Positions 38,194 to 49,579 of a stretch of 64,000 bases of DNA are shown here, piece by piece (the first letter of the stretch is position 1; every line of letters starts with the position of its first letter). The DNA is from Trichodelitschia bisporula (Eukaryota): contig ML996703.1 in NCBI GenBank assembly GCA_010356995.1, forward strand, positions 248,001-312,000, in the 5' to 3' direction. Both the position numbers and the translations under genes were made by a program. The notes beneath the pieces were generated by a model, which saw only the letters and a list, made by a program, of their open reading frames with translations, made no database searches and had not been told where the DNA came from.

Positions 38194-40605
38194 ATGGCGC
38201 CCTTTGATACCAACCCCCGTCGCCGGCCTCAAAAGCCCACTGGACAGTCCCCGGACACAAGACGCATGCTTCGCAAAAGCGAAACCTTTTCTCCCCGCAG
38301 CCCGCTGTCTTCCCCTCTTTTGGACAACCCTTTGGATTCTCCCCGCATGCCGAAGCGCTCTCCAACCTGCACGAAAGCACTGGAAAATCTCATCCTAAAG
38401 GACGAAGAAAGCTTAACCTCCGCGGACAAGGTGAAGAAGCTTCTGAAAGATTTCGACCACTGCATGACCGGCAAGCCTTCTCACAATGCTGGCAGCATCT
38501 TAAAAGAGGGCCACATTTCCGCTCTACCCGGCCTGTTCCACCGCCCTGCGCCCCCTCAGCGGATGGACATAGATAAGCCAGCTAAACGCATCCACTGTCA
38601 CGATTCAGACAGCGGCATTGGCTCCAGTGTCTCGACTGCACCTGGTATGTTGTACACGAATTGCCAGGACCCCGCAACAGCAGCTTATTTAAACACAGGC
38701 GAAGAGCCCACCCGTGGATCAGTGAAATCTGTCTCCACGACCCACACGGCCGTCACCAAGTCTGCGTTTCCAGGCTGGACGCTCCGCTCCCACGAAGATC
38801 TTTCTCCGCGCTCTGCTCGCCAAATCAAGAAGCTGATTCTGCAACCACTTCTCGACGATTCCACGCTTTCTGAATTCCACGACATTGTGGACGACATTCC
38901 GCGTCGCATTGACCAAAAGGACATTGTGAATCTGAGGGATCTGGAGAAGACTCTGCTGAGTTTGGCTTGTGTAAGTCGTGCTGAGATTGATTCCGAGTGC
39001 GTAGTTTCTTACGCGAAGCGTGTGTTTAAGGAATTCTCTACTTCTTCCAAGTCCTACCTCAAATTCTGCGAAACCGCCATTCACTGCCTCTACAACAGCG
39101 TCGAATACATCTGTGACCGCGACCGCTGCTTGCCCGGCGACAGACCGTACAATCATCTCTACTTTGTCGACCTTGTTGAGCAGATTCGTCGCTACGCAGA
39201 GATTATGGCCTCCAGCAACCGCAAGCGAGCCGCCGGTCAGGAATTGGACGAAATGGATTACTCTCCGTATGTTACCCCCATTTCCTATTCCGCTTTAGCC
39301 CCAAAGCCCCCCAGTCCTGAGTCACTGTTGAGTCATGGCCTTTCCTTCTTAAGTCGGCCTCATCCTCTCTTACCCCACATGTCTTCACACTTTTCCCAAA
39401 CCAATACCACCAATGCTCATGTATCCAGGGATGAGGTTCTAGCCCTCGAGGGCGGCGTCACCGTCGACGGCCAACCGGCCCACCTCGTACGCAAGAAGGA
39501 TGGCAAGACCATCCCCCTCTCCACACCCTCATCAGCGCCCAAGCGTGCACTATCGCCGGACATGGAGGACGACGAAGGTGTCCACCGCTCCATGGCCCGC
39601 CGTCGCAAGTCGGACAAGGCTGGCGACGTGGTCCACTATTGCACCCAATGCGACAAGACATTCCCTCGCCATTGCGACCTTTCCAAGCATGAGAAGACCC
39701 ACTCCCGCCCGTGGAAGTGTGATGTCGAGTCGTGCCGCTACCATGAGCTCGGCTGGCCCACCGAGAAGGAGCGGGACCGCCATCACAACGACAAGCACTC
39801 GGCGCAACCCGTGATGCACGAGTGCCAGTACAATCCATGTACTTATCGGTCGAAGCGCGAATCGAATCTCAAGCAACACATGGAAAAGTCACATGGCTTC
39901 GAATACCATCGCATGAAGCGCAATGGAAAGAACAGGGCCACCGCGGGTCCTTCCACCGTTGCGTCGTCGTCGAACCAAGCTCCGTTCTTCGCCGAGAGCC
40001 CATTCCAACAATCAGCTGCCATGACGCCGTCGACTGCCGGCCCAAGTCACGCTGTCTCTCCAGCTCTCGACAACGCCTTCCCCTTCGGCCGCGAACTCCC
40101 GCTGGAGCCGCTCACCACTTTCCCGGCGCACCATTCCCCTGTCGAGCAAGTCATGGGGGGCAGTGCCTTCGACGAGGCGTGGCCCGAACACGTGGACAGT
40201 GCCTCGTTGTTTGAGCCCCTCGATCCAGGCTTTTACGATGCAGCATTCACGGCCCAAGACTTTGGGAACATGCCCGTCATGAATACTCCTGCCATGAGTG
40301 TCGATCTGGCTTCACCTCTTATGGGCAATCTAAATGAACTTAGCCCCAACATCACTACGCCGGTGATGGATCCTCCGTTCTCAAGCATGAATGACTTCAC
40401 TGTCATGATGCAAGCTCCCTCGGCCTTGAAGACCACAATGGACGAGCCCCTCGGAGAGTTTATGTCGTCGGATTGGCAACTGTTCCCGTCTGTCATGGAC
40501 CCTGCGTACGGGCAGGAGCCTCAGCAAGTGAACTTCGACCCCTACAGCACCTTCACTCCACAGTACTACATTAGTCATGGAGGGCAAGGTCAAGGGCGGC
40601 ACTAA
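38194..40605 (+). CDS. ace1: C2H2 zinc-finger transcription factor Ace1/SltA; predicted introns 38645-38698, 38971-39030, 39267-39428
   Basis: DSDSGIGSS, IPRRIDQKDIVNLRDLEKTL, DRPYNHLYFVDL, RSMARRRK, and three fingers including CDLSKHEKTHSRPWKC, GWPTEKERDRHHNDKH and KRESNLKQHMEKSHG. Confidence 0.92.
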   Translation: MAPFDTNPRRRPQKPTGQSPDTRRMLRKSETFSPRSPLSSPLLDNPLDSPRMPKRSPTCTKALENLILKDEESLTSADKVKKLLKDFDHCMTGKPSHNAGSILKEGHISALPGLFHRPAPPQRMDIDKPAKRIHCHDSDSGIGSSVSTAPGMLYTNCQDPATAAYLNTGEEPTRGSVKSVSTTHTAVTKSAFPGWTLRSHEDLSPRSARQIKKLILQPLLDDSTLSEFHDIVDDIPRRIDQKDIVNLRDLEKTLLSLACVSRAEIDSECVVSYAKRVFKEFSTSSKSYLKFCETAIHCLYNSVEYICDRDRCLPGDRPYNHLYFVDLVEQIRRYAEIMASSNRKRAAGQELDEMDYSPYVTPISYSALAPKPPSPESLLSHGLSFLSRPHPLLPHMSSHFSQTNTTNAHVSRDEVLALEGGVTVDGQPAHLVRKKDGKTIPLSTPSSAPKRALSPDMEDDEGVHRSMARRRKSDKAGDVVHYCTQCDKTFPRHCDLSKHEKTHSRPWKCDVESCRYHELGWPTEKERDRHHNDKHSAQPVMHECQYNPCTYRSKRESNLKQHMEKSHGFEYHRMKRNGKNRATAGPSTVASSSNQAPFFAESPFQQSAAMTPSTAGPSHAVSPALDNAFPFGRELPLEPLTTFPAHHSPVEQVMGGSAFDEAWPEHVDSASLFEPLDPGFYDAAFTAQDFGNMPVMNTPAMSVDLASPLMGNLNELSPNITTPVMDPPFSSMNDFTVMMQAPSALKTTMDEPLGEFMSSDWQLFPSVMDPAYGQEPQQVNFDPYSTFTPQYYISHGGQGQGRH

Positions 40606-42109
40606 GTGCGTGTTGACAGCTCAACCGCATTCCTAGCCTCCATCGGAGGCACATTTACGCATCTTTGTTCCTTTTTCCTCCCTTGGTTTATGGGGTTGAG
40701 GCTTCTGTTTATGTCTAGTCTAGCATTGGGTTTTTTTGGGAACACTTGGTTCCTTGGCAGGACATGTATCATTGCCTCTTTTGTGTGCTGCGTTACGGAT
40801 CTCTTCTTCAGCGTTTGCTTGGCCAGTGAAGCAACCATGGCATCTCAGTTACGAAACAAGATAGGTCAGCAGGCTTGGGACTCGACCGATGATTCGGTCG
40901 CGGGTGATAAAGTGCGCTCAGATTTTGCTCTAGAAGATTATGCACCTGTCGGTGGGATCTATGTTGATGATTGGATGCTGAAAGACCTAATTGATCAATC
41001 TTCACTCTGGCTTACTGTGCCGTTTGTGTGATCGTGCTGCTGGAGTGTGCCCAATGTGCGCCTGTCTACTGTAGGCTGCTTGACTGGCCGTTTGGCCTGC
41101 GGGCGTTGGGTCTGTGGCCGCCTGACTCTGGGGTCCGTTTGTAATGGCGTATATAACTCCGCGAATATGTGTCTGTTCGCCATCCGCCTTCTTCTCCTGC
41201 ATTTCCACTTAACAGCTATATGCTTCTCGTAGTCGACGAAGAAGAAGAGGAAGATCACAGCCTTACGGCGTTGTTCCTTCCAAATTTCTCCACCTCCGTT
41301 CGCGTAGTTTACTCATCAAAGCTTTAGCCATATCATGACACCCACTGTCTTCGACGCCCTCCGGCTCCCGCTCCGAAATGTGTTTCCGGTTTGAAGCCAT
41401 CGACAGCACTCAACATTCAGTATCCGCCGTATACTTTCTCGCCAGCACCACATCCACATCTCTCTCCTCCACATAACGGATCCTTACATATCCTTCCTCA
41501 TGGCCCTTCCCACTCTGCTTCAATGCCTCGTTGCCTTGCCTCTTCTTCTTTCTTTTCATTCAACACCGGTCCCAGTCTTTCTCTTCTGCACCTCCGCTTG
41601 ACACGTTTTCTGTGTATGCGGCTGCGGTCTCGACTTCGACAACGGCCCGGTGATGCGCAACCGGGCTACTCCGTCGTCGCCCGCTAGCCTCGAACAAGAC
41701 ACTTGATCTCGGTCCCTCGTCAGTGGTTATCAAGACGCCGGCATCCAGCCCGGCGGCCGTGTGTGCGCCTACGCGCACCATAATCTTCCACCCCGCGCTC
41801 GTTCTCGACGTCATTGGCGAAGGAGGTATCGTCACCGGCGTGGACGCGTTCGCTACCGAAGCTGAGCTGAGCTGTGAATGCACATCGGCAGGACGGGCCC
41901 AAAGCTGTTCCTCATCGAGGCTTCACCTGAAGTCGGCGCCCGCTTTGCTGCTGGGCCGTTGAGCGTGGAGGGGCAGGAGGACAAAGCGGAGATATAAGTG
42001 TCCTCGTTGCCCGGCTGTAAGAGTTACCAGCTCGGGTTATCTCCAAGGACGCCGTACTGGCTGGCGCGACCCTCGCTATGGCTTATATACGGCTTCGGCA
42101 CCTTACCGT

Positions 42110-42520
42110 TTGAGGCACGTTCCAACAACCTGCGTTGCTTGCGACTTGGATGGACTCTGTGTACAGAGGCATGGACACTATATGCGGAAGCGTGGACAAG
42201 GAGTCTCCGACCCTCTCCCACAGCCGTTGCCGGAAGGAGTCCAACTTCGGTCGCAGCGCGGGCGAGACTTCGGCCTCTATGCCGACATCCTCAAAAGCGC
42301 CAACCTGCTCGGCGTTCACAACTTGCACGACTGGATTCGAGAGGAGCGCTACCGTCAACTCGTCAGCTATCATATCCCCCTGCCCCTCAAGCTCCGCAGC
42401 CAACCTGCACACCAGTACCCGTCTTATCAACCTCCTTCCGTCTCTCGGGAAGCATCACTCAACAACATGACTCCACTCGGCGCAAAATTCCTACCGTTTA
42501 GTGGGCTCGACGTCGACTGA
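42110..42520 (+). pseudogene. Possible remnant of a fungal T1-type BTB/POZ gene
   Basis: GRDFGLYADILKSANLLGVHNLHDWIREERY resembles the C-terminal helices of fungal BTB proteins; no intact N-terminal part. Confidence 0.3.
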
Positions 42521-43160
42521 ACCTCGACAAGGCGTGTCGCTCGCCCACGTACCCCGGTAACGTGCACATATATCGCCCCTATGATTTCGTCTTCCTTCCC
42601 TTACGACACTTCCTATCGTCTCGTTTGGAATGCTTTCCGACGGATTATATATCCTCCGTGGGCCCGTTCTCCAGGACGAGGAGCGCTATACTTTGAGGCG
42701 AAGGTCTCACAAGGAGATGCCTTCGCTGCTCTTGCGCCAAAATGTGGCGTGAGTGATGAAGAGCGCAGCCTCGTCCGTCCTCGGCGTTGAAGCCGTAGAG
42801 GCGTTTTGCTTTTAAGATACCACGCGCCGCATCCGCGCAACAGCGCGATCGCACTCGCCGCCGGCGCATATCCGATCCTCCCACTCCACCACCCGCACGT
42901 CCACATACGCCAGATTGTATCCTCCGTCTACGCACCAACTCAAACCCGCCCTCGAGGTCACAACAGTTACAGCCACATTCGGCAGCCATCCCCGCCATGT
43001 ACGTTGCGTCCAAGACCGAGCCTGTTGCGGACCGTGTTCCCTTCGCCGCCTATAGGGGTCCTCCAGTCTCTGGCAGAAGCCTTCAGACACAGCCGGCGGT
43101 GGTTGCGTGGCGTTGTTATCTCTCGCTTCATATCCTTCCCGTCTTGCAGCAATACGCACG

Positions 43161-43311
43161 TCGAAGGAGAGTGCGCGCTTCGGCTACAAGGGAACTGTGG
43201 ATAAAGTGGACACTGGAAACAAGGCTGTAACCCTCAAGTCCGGCAGCGTTGTCAAGTACAACAAACTTGTCAGCATCATGGCCGTAGATGCGTCCGCGGA
43301 GAAGATTGGCC
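43161..43311 (+). pseudogene. Isolated fragment of UDP-galactopyranose mutase (ugmA/glfA-like)
   Basis: KESARFGYKGTVDKVDTGNKAVTLKSGSVVKYNKLVSIMAVD resembles an internal segment of fungal UGM as recalled; stop at 43317-43319; the rest of the gene is absent. Confidence 0.7.
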
Positions 43312-43626
43312 GCTGGTGATTTAGGGGTATGTTCACTGTCCACCGGCGGAAGCGTCACTACCGTACAGCACTGCTCACTATCGGTATTCCCGCTTCACGC
43401 TTCACGCTCCATGCTTCACTCGCCCATCACATTCCAGGTATACAGCAACTCACAATCTCATCCCGTCACTACTCACATTCACGTCCCAAGGAGTATAAGA
43501 GCCGGAGAAAACGGGCATGATTCCATTACCACAGCATCAACAGCTACCACTCGGAACACTCCAGCTCCAGTACAAGCCAAACCAGCCAAAGCACACCCAT
43601 CTCAGCAAAACCTTACGTTTGCAAAA

Positions 43627-43950
43627 ATGGTCTTCCCTACCTCACAGAACCCCACCGCGGCCCACCCCAAGCCTCGGCCGAAGCCGGGCCCGCCTCCGGC
43701 GCCGCCAAACTCACCGGCGCAGAACCCGACCGCGGCCCACCCAAAGCCCAAGCCGAAGCCGGGCCTGCCTCCGGCGCCGCCAAACTCACCAGCGAACATG
43801 CCCACCGCGGCCCACCCAAAGCCCAAGTCGAAGCCGGGTCCGCCTCCAGCGCCGCCGAATTCGCCGGCGCAAATGCCCGCCGCTTGCCGTCCGAAGCCTC
43901 GGCCGGCGCCAGGTGCATCGCAACCGCCGCGGCCGCGGCCTCATTTCTAG
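43627..43950 (+). CDS. 107-aa Pro/Lys-rich tandem-repeat microprotein (25-aa / 75-bp unit, ~4 copies)
   Basis: Good start context caaaaATG, TATAAGA at ~43494, in-frame repeats with synonymous variation between units. Confidence 0.6.
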   Translation: MVFPTSQNPTAAHPKPRPKPGPPPAPPNSPAQNPTAAHPKPKPKPGLPPAPPNSPANMPTAAHPKPKSKPGPPPAPPNSPAQMPAACRPKPRPAPGASQPPRPRPHF

Positions 43951-44384
43951 GTACTTGCCCGATACTGGATCCCCATAGGAGCTTTTTGGTGCAGGGGCAC
44001 TTAGGTTGAGTTTGCTATGTGTTGGATTGAGGCATGCCTTTTAGGAAAAAAAAAAACACACTGATGGCTTCGTTGGCTAGGTAGAACGATTTAGCAGAAT
44101 AATAGTAAATGTGGCCAGAGGTCAAAAAAACACCAGTCCCTGTCTGCTCAGTGAATGTTAAGCTCTGAACCGGTTGACTAGTAGTTGTGTGATGGGACGG
44201 GCAGCCAACCCCAAGTGCTGTATGATTTTGCCTTTCTGTGCATTGTGAAGGGGTGTTGGTTGGCGGCCTAGGGGACCGATCGAGGTCTAGCTGAAAATTT
44301 CATAGTAATTCAGCCCTTAAGATCATCGTCTAATCCGCTTGCTTCTCTCGAGATATTCGTACAAAGAAAACGTGTTTCATTGTT

Positions 44385-45522
44385 TCAGTCTTTGTCGCTG
44401 GCGTACTTCCGTATCAGTTTCTTCATTATGCTGACAGCACCTGAGCGATAGCCAGACCCGAACAAAGCGTAGTGATTCAAGTGGTGGTATCTAAAGGGGT
44501 TAGGACACCTCGCACGCCAAAGCTCAAACTTACAGCTCATAAAGCGCCACCCGGTCGTCGTACTCATCAACCGGCTCCGTCTTAGGGCACAACTTGTGAT
44601 ACTCGGTCAAGAAGCTCCCACCAAACCCACCAAACATCTTCATAATCCCCAGCTCATACTCACTATGCGCGTAACATGCCGACGGGTCGTATACCACGTC
44701 CTGTACCGGGCCCTGCCCGATACTTCCTCGACCTGCGTTGCCGCTCCATATGTCGCCGTGTACGACGACGGGAGTGATGCCGCGGCCGTTGTTCAAGTGG
44801 CCATCTCCTAGCAGTCGTGGAGCAACCTGCGACGCCATCGTCTCAACTAGATCGTGCACCTCTAGGTCCTTTCCATTGGCGGACTCCGCCCGGCGTAGAA
44901 TGAAACGCAGGCGGTTGTCCGCGTAGAACTGCGCCCAGCTGTCATGGAAGCCGTTTTCTTGGGGTGTATCGCCGCAGCATGTGCTTACTGGGAAGCCGAA
45001 GACGGGGCGGTTGAAGCCTTCGGGGATGGGGGCGGGGGTGGTGTGCAGTTTGGCGAGCTTAGCGGCGAGGGACGGGGTGGTTTGGGAGAGATTGGCGGAT
45101 CGCCTGTTGCCGAGATTGAGGAAGTCGGTGACGAGGAAAAAGGTGTTTGGGTCGGAGGCAAAGGGGCCGTAGCCAAAGGACTGGGGACAGAGGGATGGGA
45201 CGGCGTCGTGGATTGCGCGGAGGGAGGCGTGTTCTCCTGGAGAGATGGCTTAACGTCGTCCATGGGTTGTGCGGATCGAGGGCGTGTGCAAAGGCAAGGA
45301 GAAGGAGTATCAACGCAATGGGACTCAATTACCCCGAAACATTACTTCTGCGTCGCCTCCGCTGCTGGTTTTCATGAAGAACTGCTTCTCCGTGCCATCC
45401 GGGAGCTTTGCGGTGATTTTGGCTGTGGATGCCGATGAGCATCCTCCGCCGCCTGCGGAGGAGACGGTGGTTTGTTCGGGATCTAGAGACAGAAGCTCAA
45501 TAACTGCAGGATCGAGCTTCAT
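44385..45522 (-). CDS. Fructosamine-3-kinase / ketosamine kinase family; 2 introns
   Basis: FFMKT...MFRG|EHASL, FGFPVSTCCGDTPQEN, VVHGDIWSGN, YDPSACYAHSEYELGIMKMFGGF, LYHHLNH. Confidence 0.92.
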
Positions 45523-46186
45523 GATGAAGTTGCTGCAGTAGTAAGTGAGGATGCGAGGGGACGTTATGTTTAGAATTCTGAGAGCTGCTATGACGTCGGG
45601 ACGGAGCTAACCCCGCAGCCTTACCCCATAGCTGGGTCGAAAGTAACTGCCTTGTTTCCTTCTCCTGACTCAGGAGTCAGGGGCAACTACTTGTCCAGCC
45701 CCATAGAAAGGCTGAATTAAGGTGGTGGGGGTGGGGATGTGCCAAGCGGGGAGACGCTAGCGCGAGGAGTGGAATCGCCGCCTCGCGCGCTGTTCCTGCA
45801 CCTCACCGATGCCTTCGCTCCAATTCCGGCCGGCTGCATCATCAATCTGCAACATTAATGTGGCCGGAGGCGTTACCGTTAATTATTTGACCTTGTCGTG
45901 TTACCAGCGAACGAAAAGGTGGCAGAGGTACGAGGGGTACGTGCATCTTGGCACGGGTGTCACCCAATCAGCGCGTCGTCTGATGTGGCTGGGGAGGCTG
46001 GGAGGCTGGTGCCAACCACCGCGATGAACACCGGCCTCGCGGTTCACTCTTAAAGATGTACATCCGTAGAGGATACCCATGCAATCAGCATTCTATTCAC
46101 TATCGCTGCACCTGCATGTACTCTGCCTCCTCATTATCCTACCCTCTCCTCCTCCTACACCTTCCTGTCGCTACGCGGTTGCGAGC

Positions 46187-48990
46187 ATGAGCCTGACACC
46201 TGAGCCCTTCGATCTCAAGCACACCAACGGTACATTCTCACCGCTCTTCGGCGCCGACGTGTCTCGTCCACCTTTTTTTCGCATCGCTAACAGGTAGCAG
46301 TCAGTCGACCACAACTGGCACACAGCAACTCCAAGCAGAGTGTCGCAGCATCAGAAGACTACTACTCCTTCTCCGACAACGCTTCGGACGTCACCGAAGG
46401 CGGCGTCCGTCTCAATCCCTTTCACACACCCTCCCGCACACCCGAAGCCAGCTCCTCAGGACTCATCCGACCCATTGCGAGTCGTCAACGGCTCGCTGCT
46501 TCACCAAGCACCCCTCCCATCGAAGAAGCCATCGCGCGCGGCGCCATCGTCCCCCACACAAGATCAGAGCAAAAGTCGCTACTCGACACGCGTCGACCAG
46601 ACCCAATGAATCCCAACATCACTCCTGCCACCACGCCCGACGTGGACGACACGCCATACATCCACTTCGCCCTAGACCAGCTCACACGCGACGAAGAGGT
46701 GCGCGGATCACGGCGATACCCCGGCCATGAAGCCACCACACACGAGCTTGAACAGTCCGAGCACTCCCGTGGGGCAATTCTCCCATATGAAGAGGAGCAT
46801 CAGGTGGTGCTAGAACCGTCTGGCAAGGCTGGCAAGGCGCGTGTGTCGACGGAAAAGTCGCGGCCTTCGTTCGACGATGATCGCAGGGCCCCGGCTTACG
46901 ACGAGGAGGACATTTACGCGCAGGCGTTCGAGGAGGAATCGCCCAAGAGCAAACGCGATCTTGCCCAGCAGAAGGAGATGCAGGCTGGTCTGCCGCCGAA
47001 GCATCCCGTCCATGACCGTTCGAACTCTTCGACGTCAGTCGTCCAGTACGACGTCTTCATGCCGTACAACCCTCGCGTCGCGACCTACCAGTACCCCAAC
47101 CTCAACTTCCTTCCCGCCATCCTGCGCCCAGCTTGGCTCAGCTTGTTTATCATCATATGCGCTGTGATTGCAGGTGCGCTTATCTTCAGCGCCGTCTGGT
47201 CGCATTCGCACGACGGACTGATCGACTACCTCGACTTTGGTGATGCGCGGTACTTCGTTTTCCAGTACCTGCCGACCATGGTGGGCATGTTCGTGCTGCT
47301 TTGGTTGTTCCAGATCGAGACGGCCGTCCAGCGCATCTCGCCGTTCATGGCCATGGCCTCACCGTCAACAAAGTCCCGGACCCAGGGCGCCTTTCTCGAC
47401 CTCTATCCGACGCAATTTCTCGTCCCCAAGCTCCAGCACTTCCGGGCCGGACAGCCCATCATCGGAGTCTGCTTCCTCGTCTTCTGGCTCTTCCTCTTCA
47501 CCATTCCGCTACTGGCATCCGCATTCAACGTCCGCTTCATCGGCGCCGCCGCCTCAGGAGCCTGGCGCTGGATCGCAGTGCAGGGCGTCATTTGGACCGC
47601 AGCCGTACTCTACATCCTTCTAACCACCACCCTAATCCTCCTCGCCGCCAAGCTCTGGCGCTCCAGGACCGGTCTGAAATGGGATCCGCGCTCGCTAGCC
47701 GACATCATCGCCCTCATCGAGCGCGCCAACATCATGAACGACTACGTCGACACCGAGATCTTCGCCTCGCGCGCCGAACTGCGCCAGCGCCTCTGGACCC
47801 GCTCCGACCGCCTCGGGTACTGGCACACGAGCCGGCGCCCGCAGGACATTTTCTACGGGCTCGGTGAAGAGGGCGGTGCGACGCGCCGGTACTCCGTTGA
47901 GCAGGGCCGCATCCGCGAGAAGGTGCACCACCCCGCGTCGCGCTCGTCCACCAGCTCGTTCGGCGGCGACGACGTCGTCCGTCCCGAGCGCAGCTCCGTC
48001 GCGCGCGAGCGGTCCGATATGCGTAACCCGGACGTGCGCCGCCGGTACATGCCGTGGTTTCTGTCGTCGACGTCGATCCTGGCGCTCACCATCGTTGCCT
48101 TCGTCCTGCTCATCGCCTTCTACGTAATCGCCTTCCTAAAGCGCACGTCCACGCGCGGTTTCGACCCGCGCCTCGGAGCCACGGCGAACAAAGACGGTTT
48201 CTCAGCCGCAAACTTCACTTACTCCTTCGTCCCCGCCATCATCGGCTTCGCGCTGTACCTTCTCTGGCTCCCACTGGACCTGGCGCACCGACGCCTCGCC
48301 GCCTTCGCCGCTATGGCGGGGCCCAACGGCGCGAGCGCGGAGAAGAGCCTGCTCACTGATTACCCGTACCTGTTACCTGGGTCCGTGACGCTCAGCGCGC
48401 TCAGCAACGGGCACTACAAGGTCGCGCTCCTGTCCTTCATCAGCTTGACGAACGTCGCCATCCCTATCCTCGCGGGTGGCATCTTCTGGACGCAGTGGTA
48501 TCCGAACCAGAGCGCGCTGCGGGTGTCCGCCCATCCGGCGGGCCTGTACGCGCTGTGTGTTTTCCTGGCGCTGTATGCCGTGGGCTTGCTCGCGCTGTGG
48601 CCGGGGAGGCGTAGTGTGGCGCTGCCGCACGATGCGCGTTGCTTGGCGGAGTTGCTGAGCTGGGTGTACATGTCCCCGCTTCTGGTCGACCGGGCGTTTT
48701 CGCGGTGTGGCACGAAGGCGGAGCTCGTTGGCAGGTTGGTCGGGAGTGCGCCCGAGGGACCGCGCGGGTTCTTTGCCAGCATGGCGGATTTGGTGGGGAG
48801 TAGGGCGAGGGTGGCGGATGTGGAGAAGGGGCATGCGGGGGAGAGGCGCGGCGAGGTGAGGTATGGGTTTGGGGTATATGTGGGGAGGGATGGACTTGAG
48901 CATCTTGGGGTTGATAGGACGGTGAGGGCGGGGAGGCAAATGGTGCTTTTTGAGGGGGGGAGGGGGAGGGGGAGTTGGATGGGGTTTTAG
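46187..48990 (+). CDS. Multi-pass membrane protein, DUF3433-like; first exon 46187-46229, intron ending at 46297 or 46300
   Basis: Two hydrophobic multi-helix modules (FVFQYLPT..., FTYSFVPA...), TGLKWDPRSLAD, TPYIHFALDQLTRDEE; the frame extends upstream of the listed ATG to a splice acceptor. Confidence 0.7.
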
Positions 48991-49579
48991 TGAGAGGGGG
49001 TGATGCTTGGGTGATGATAGATGGTTTATGGGGTCATGATTAGCGATGGTGTTTGGGTGGGGGCATCTCCCCTTGGGTTTTTTGGCTTCTTTTCGCGGGC
49101 CGATGGCCTGCTGTACTATTATGAGCTTGGGTGGTGGGGCTGGGAGCATTTTTGCATATGAATGGCTGCATGGGGTCGGGTAATGGGCGGGCGCTGGGTA
49201 CGGGGCATGCATGATGCTGAGATGTTTGGAAATGTATAATGGGAGGATGAATGGGAGCGTAAATACGGATGTAGACACTGTAAATAAGCAACAAGACATT
49301 GAGCGTATGAAGCCATTACGACTGTGAATGTTGACATTCCACTGCCATTGCCCATCCATCCTTGCACTTTCCCTTTCCAGCCACAACCCCTCCCCCCCCT
49401 CCTCCCCACAAAAAACCCCCACCACCAAACCCAACACTCCACCACATCATCGCACTTCGACAACACAAGCCCCTCGACTCTAGAGCTACAGACAACACTT
49501 CACACACCATACACTCCACCTTTCTTCGCATACTCAAACCCCTCCCGCATCCACCACCAACCCCCACATCAATCTCAAA

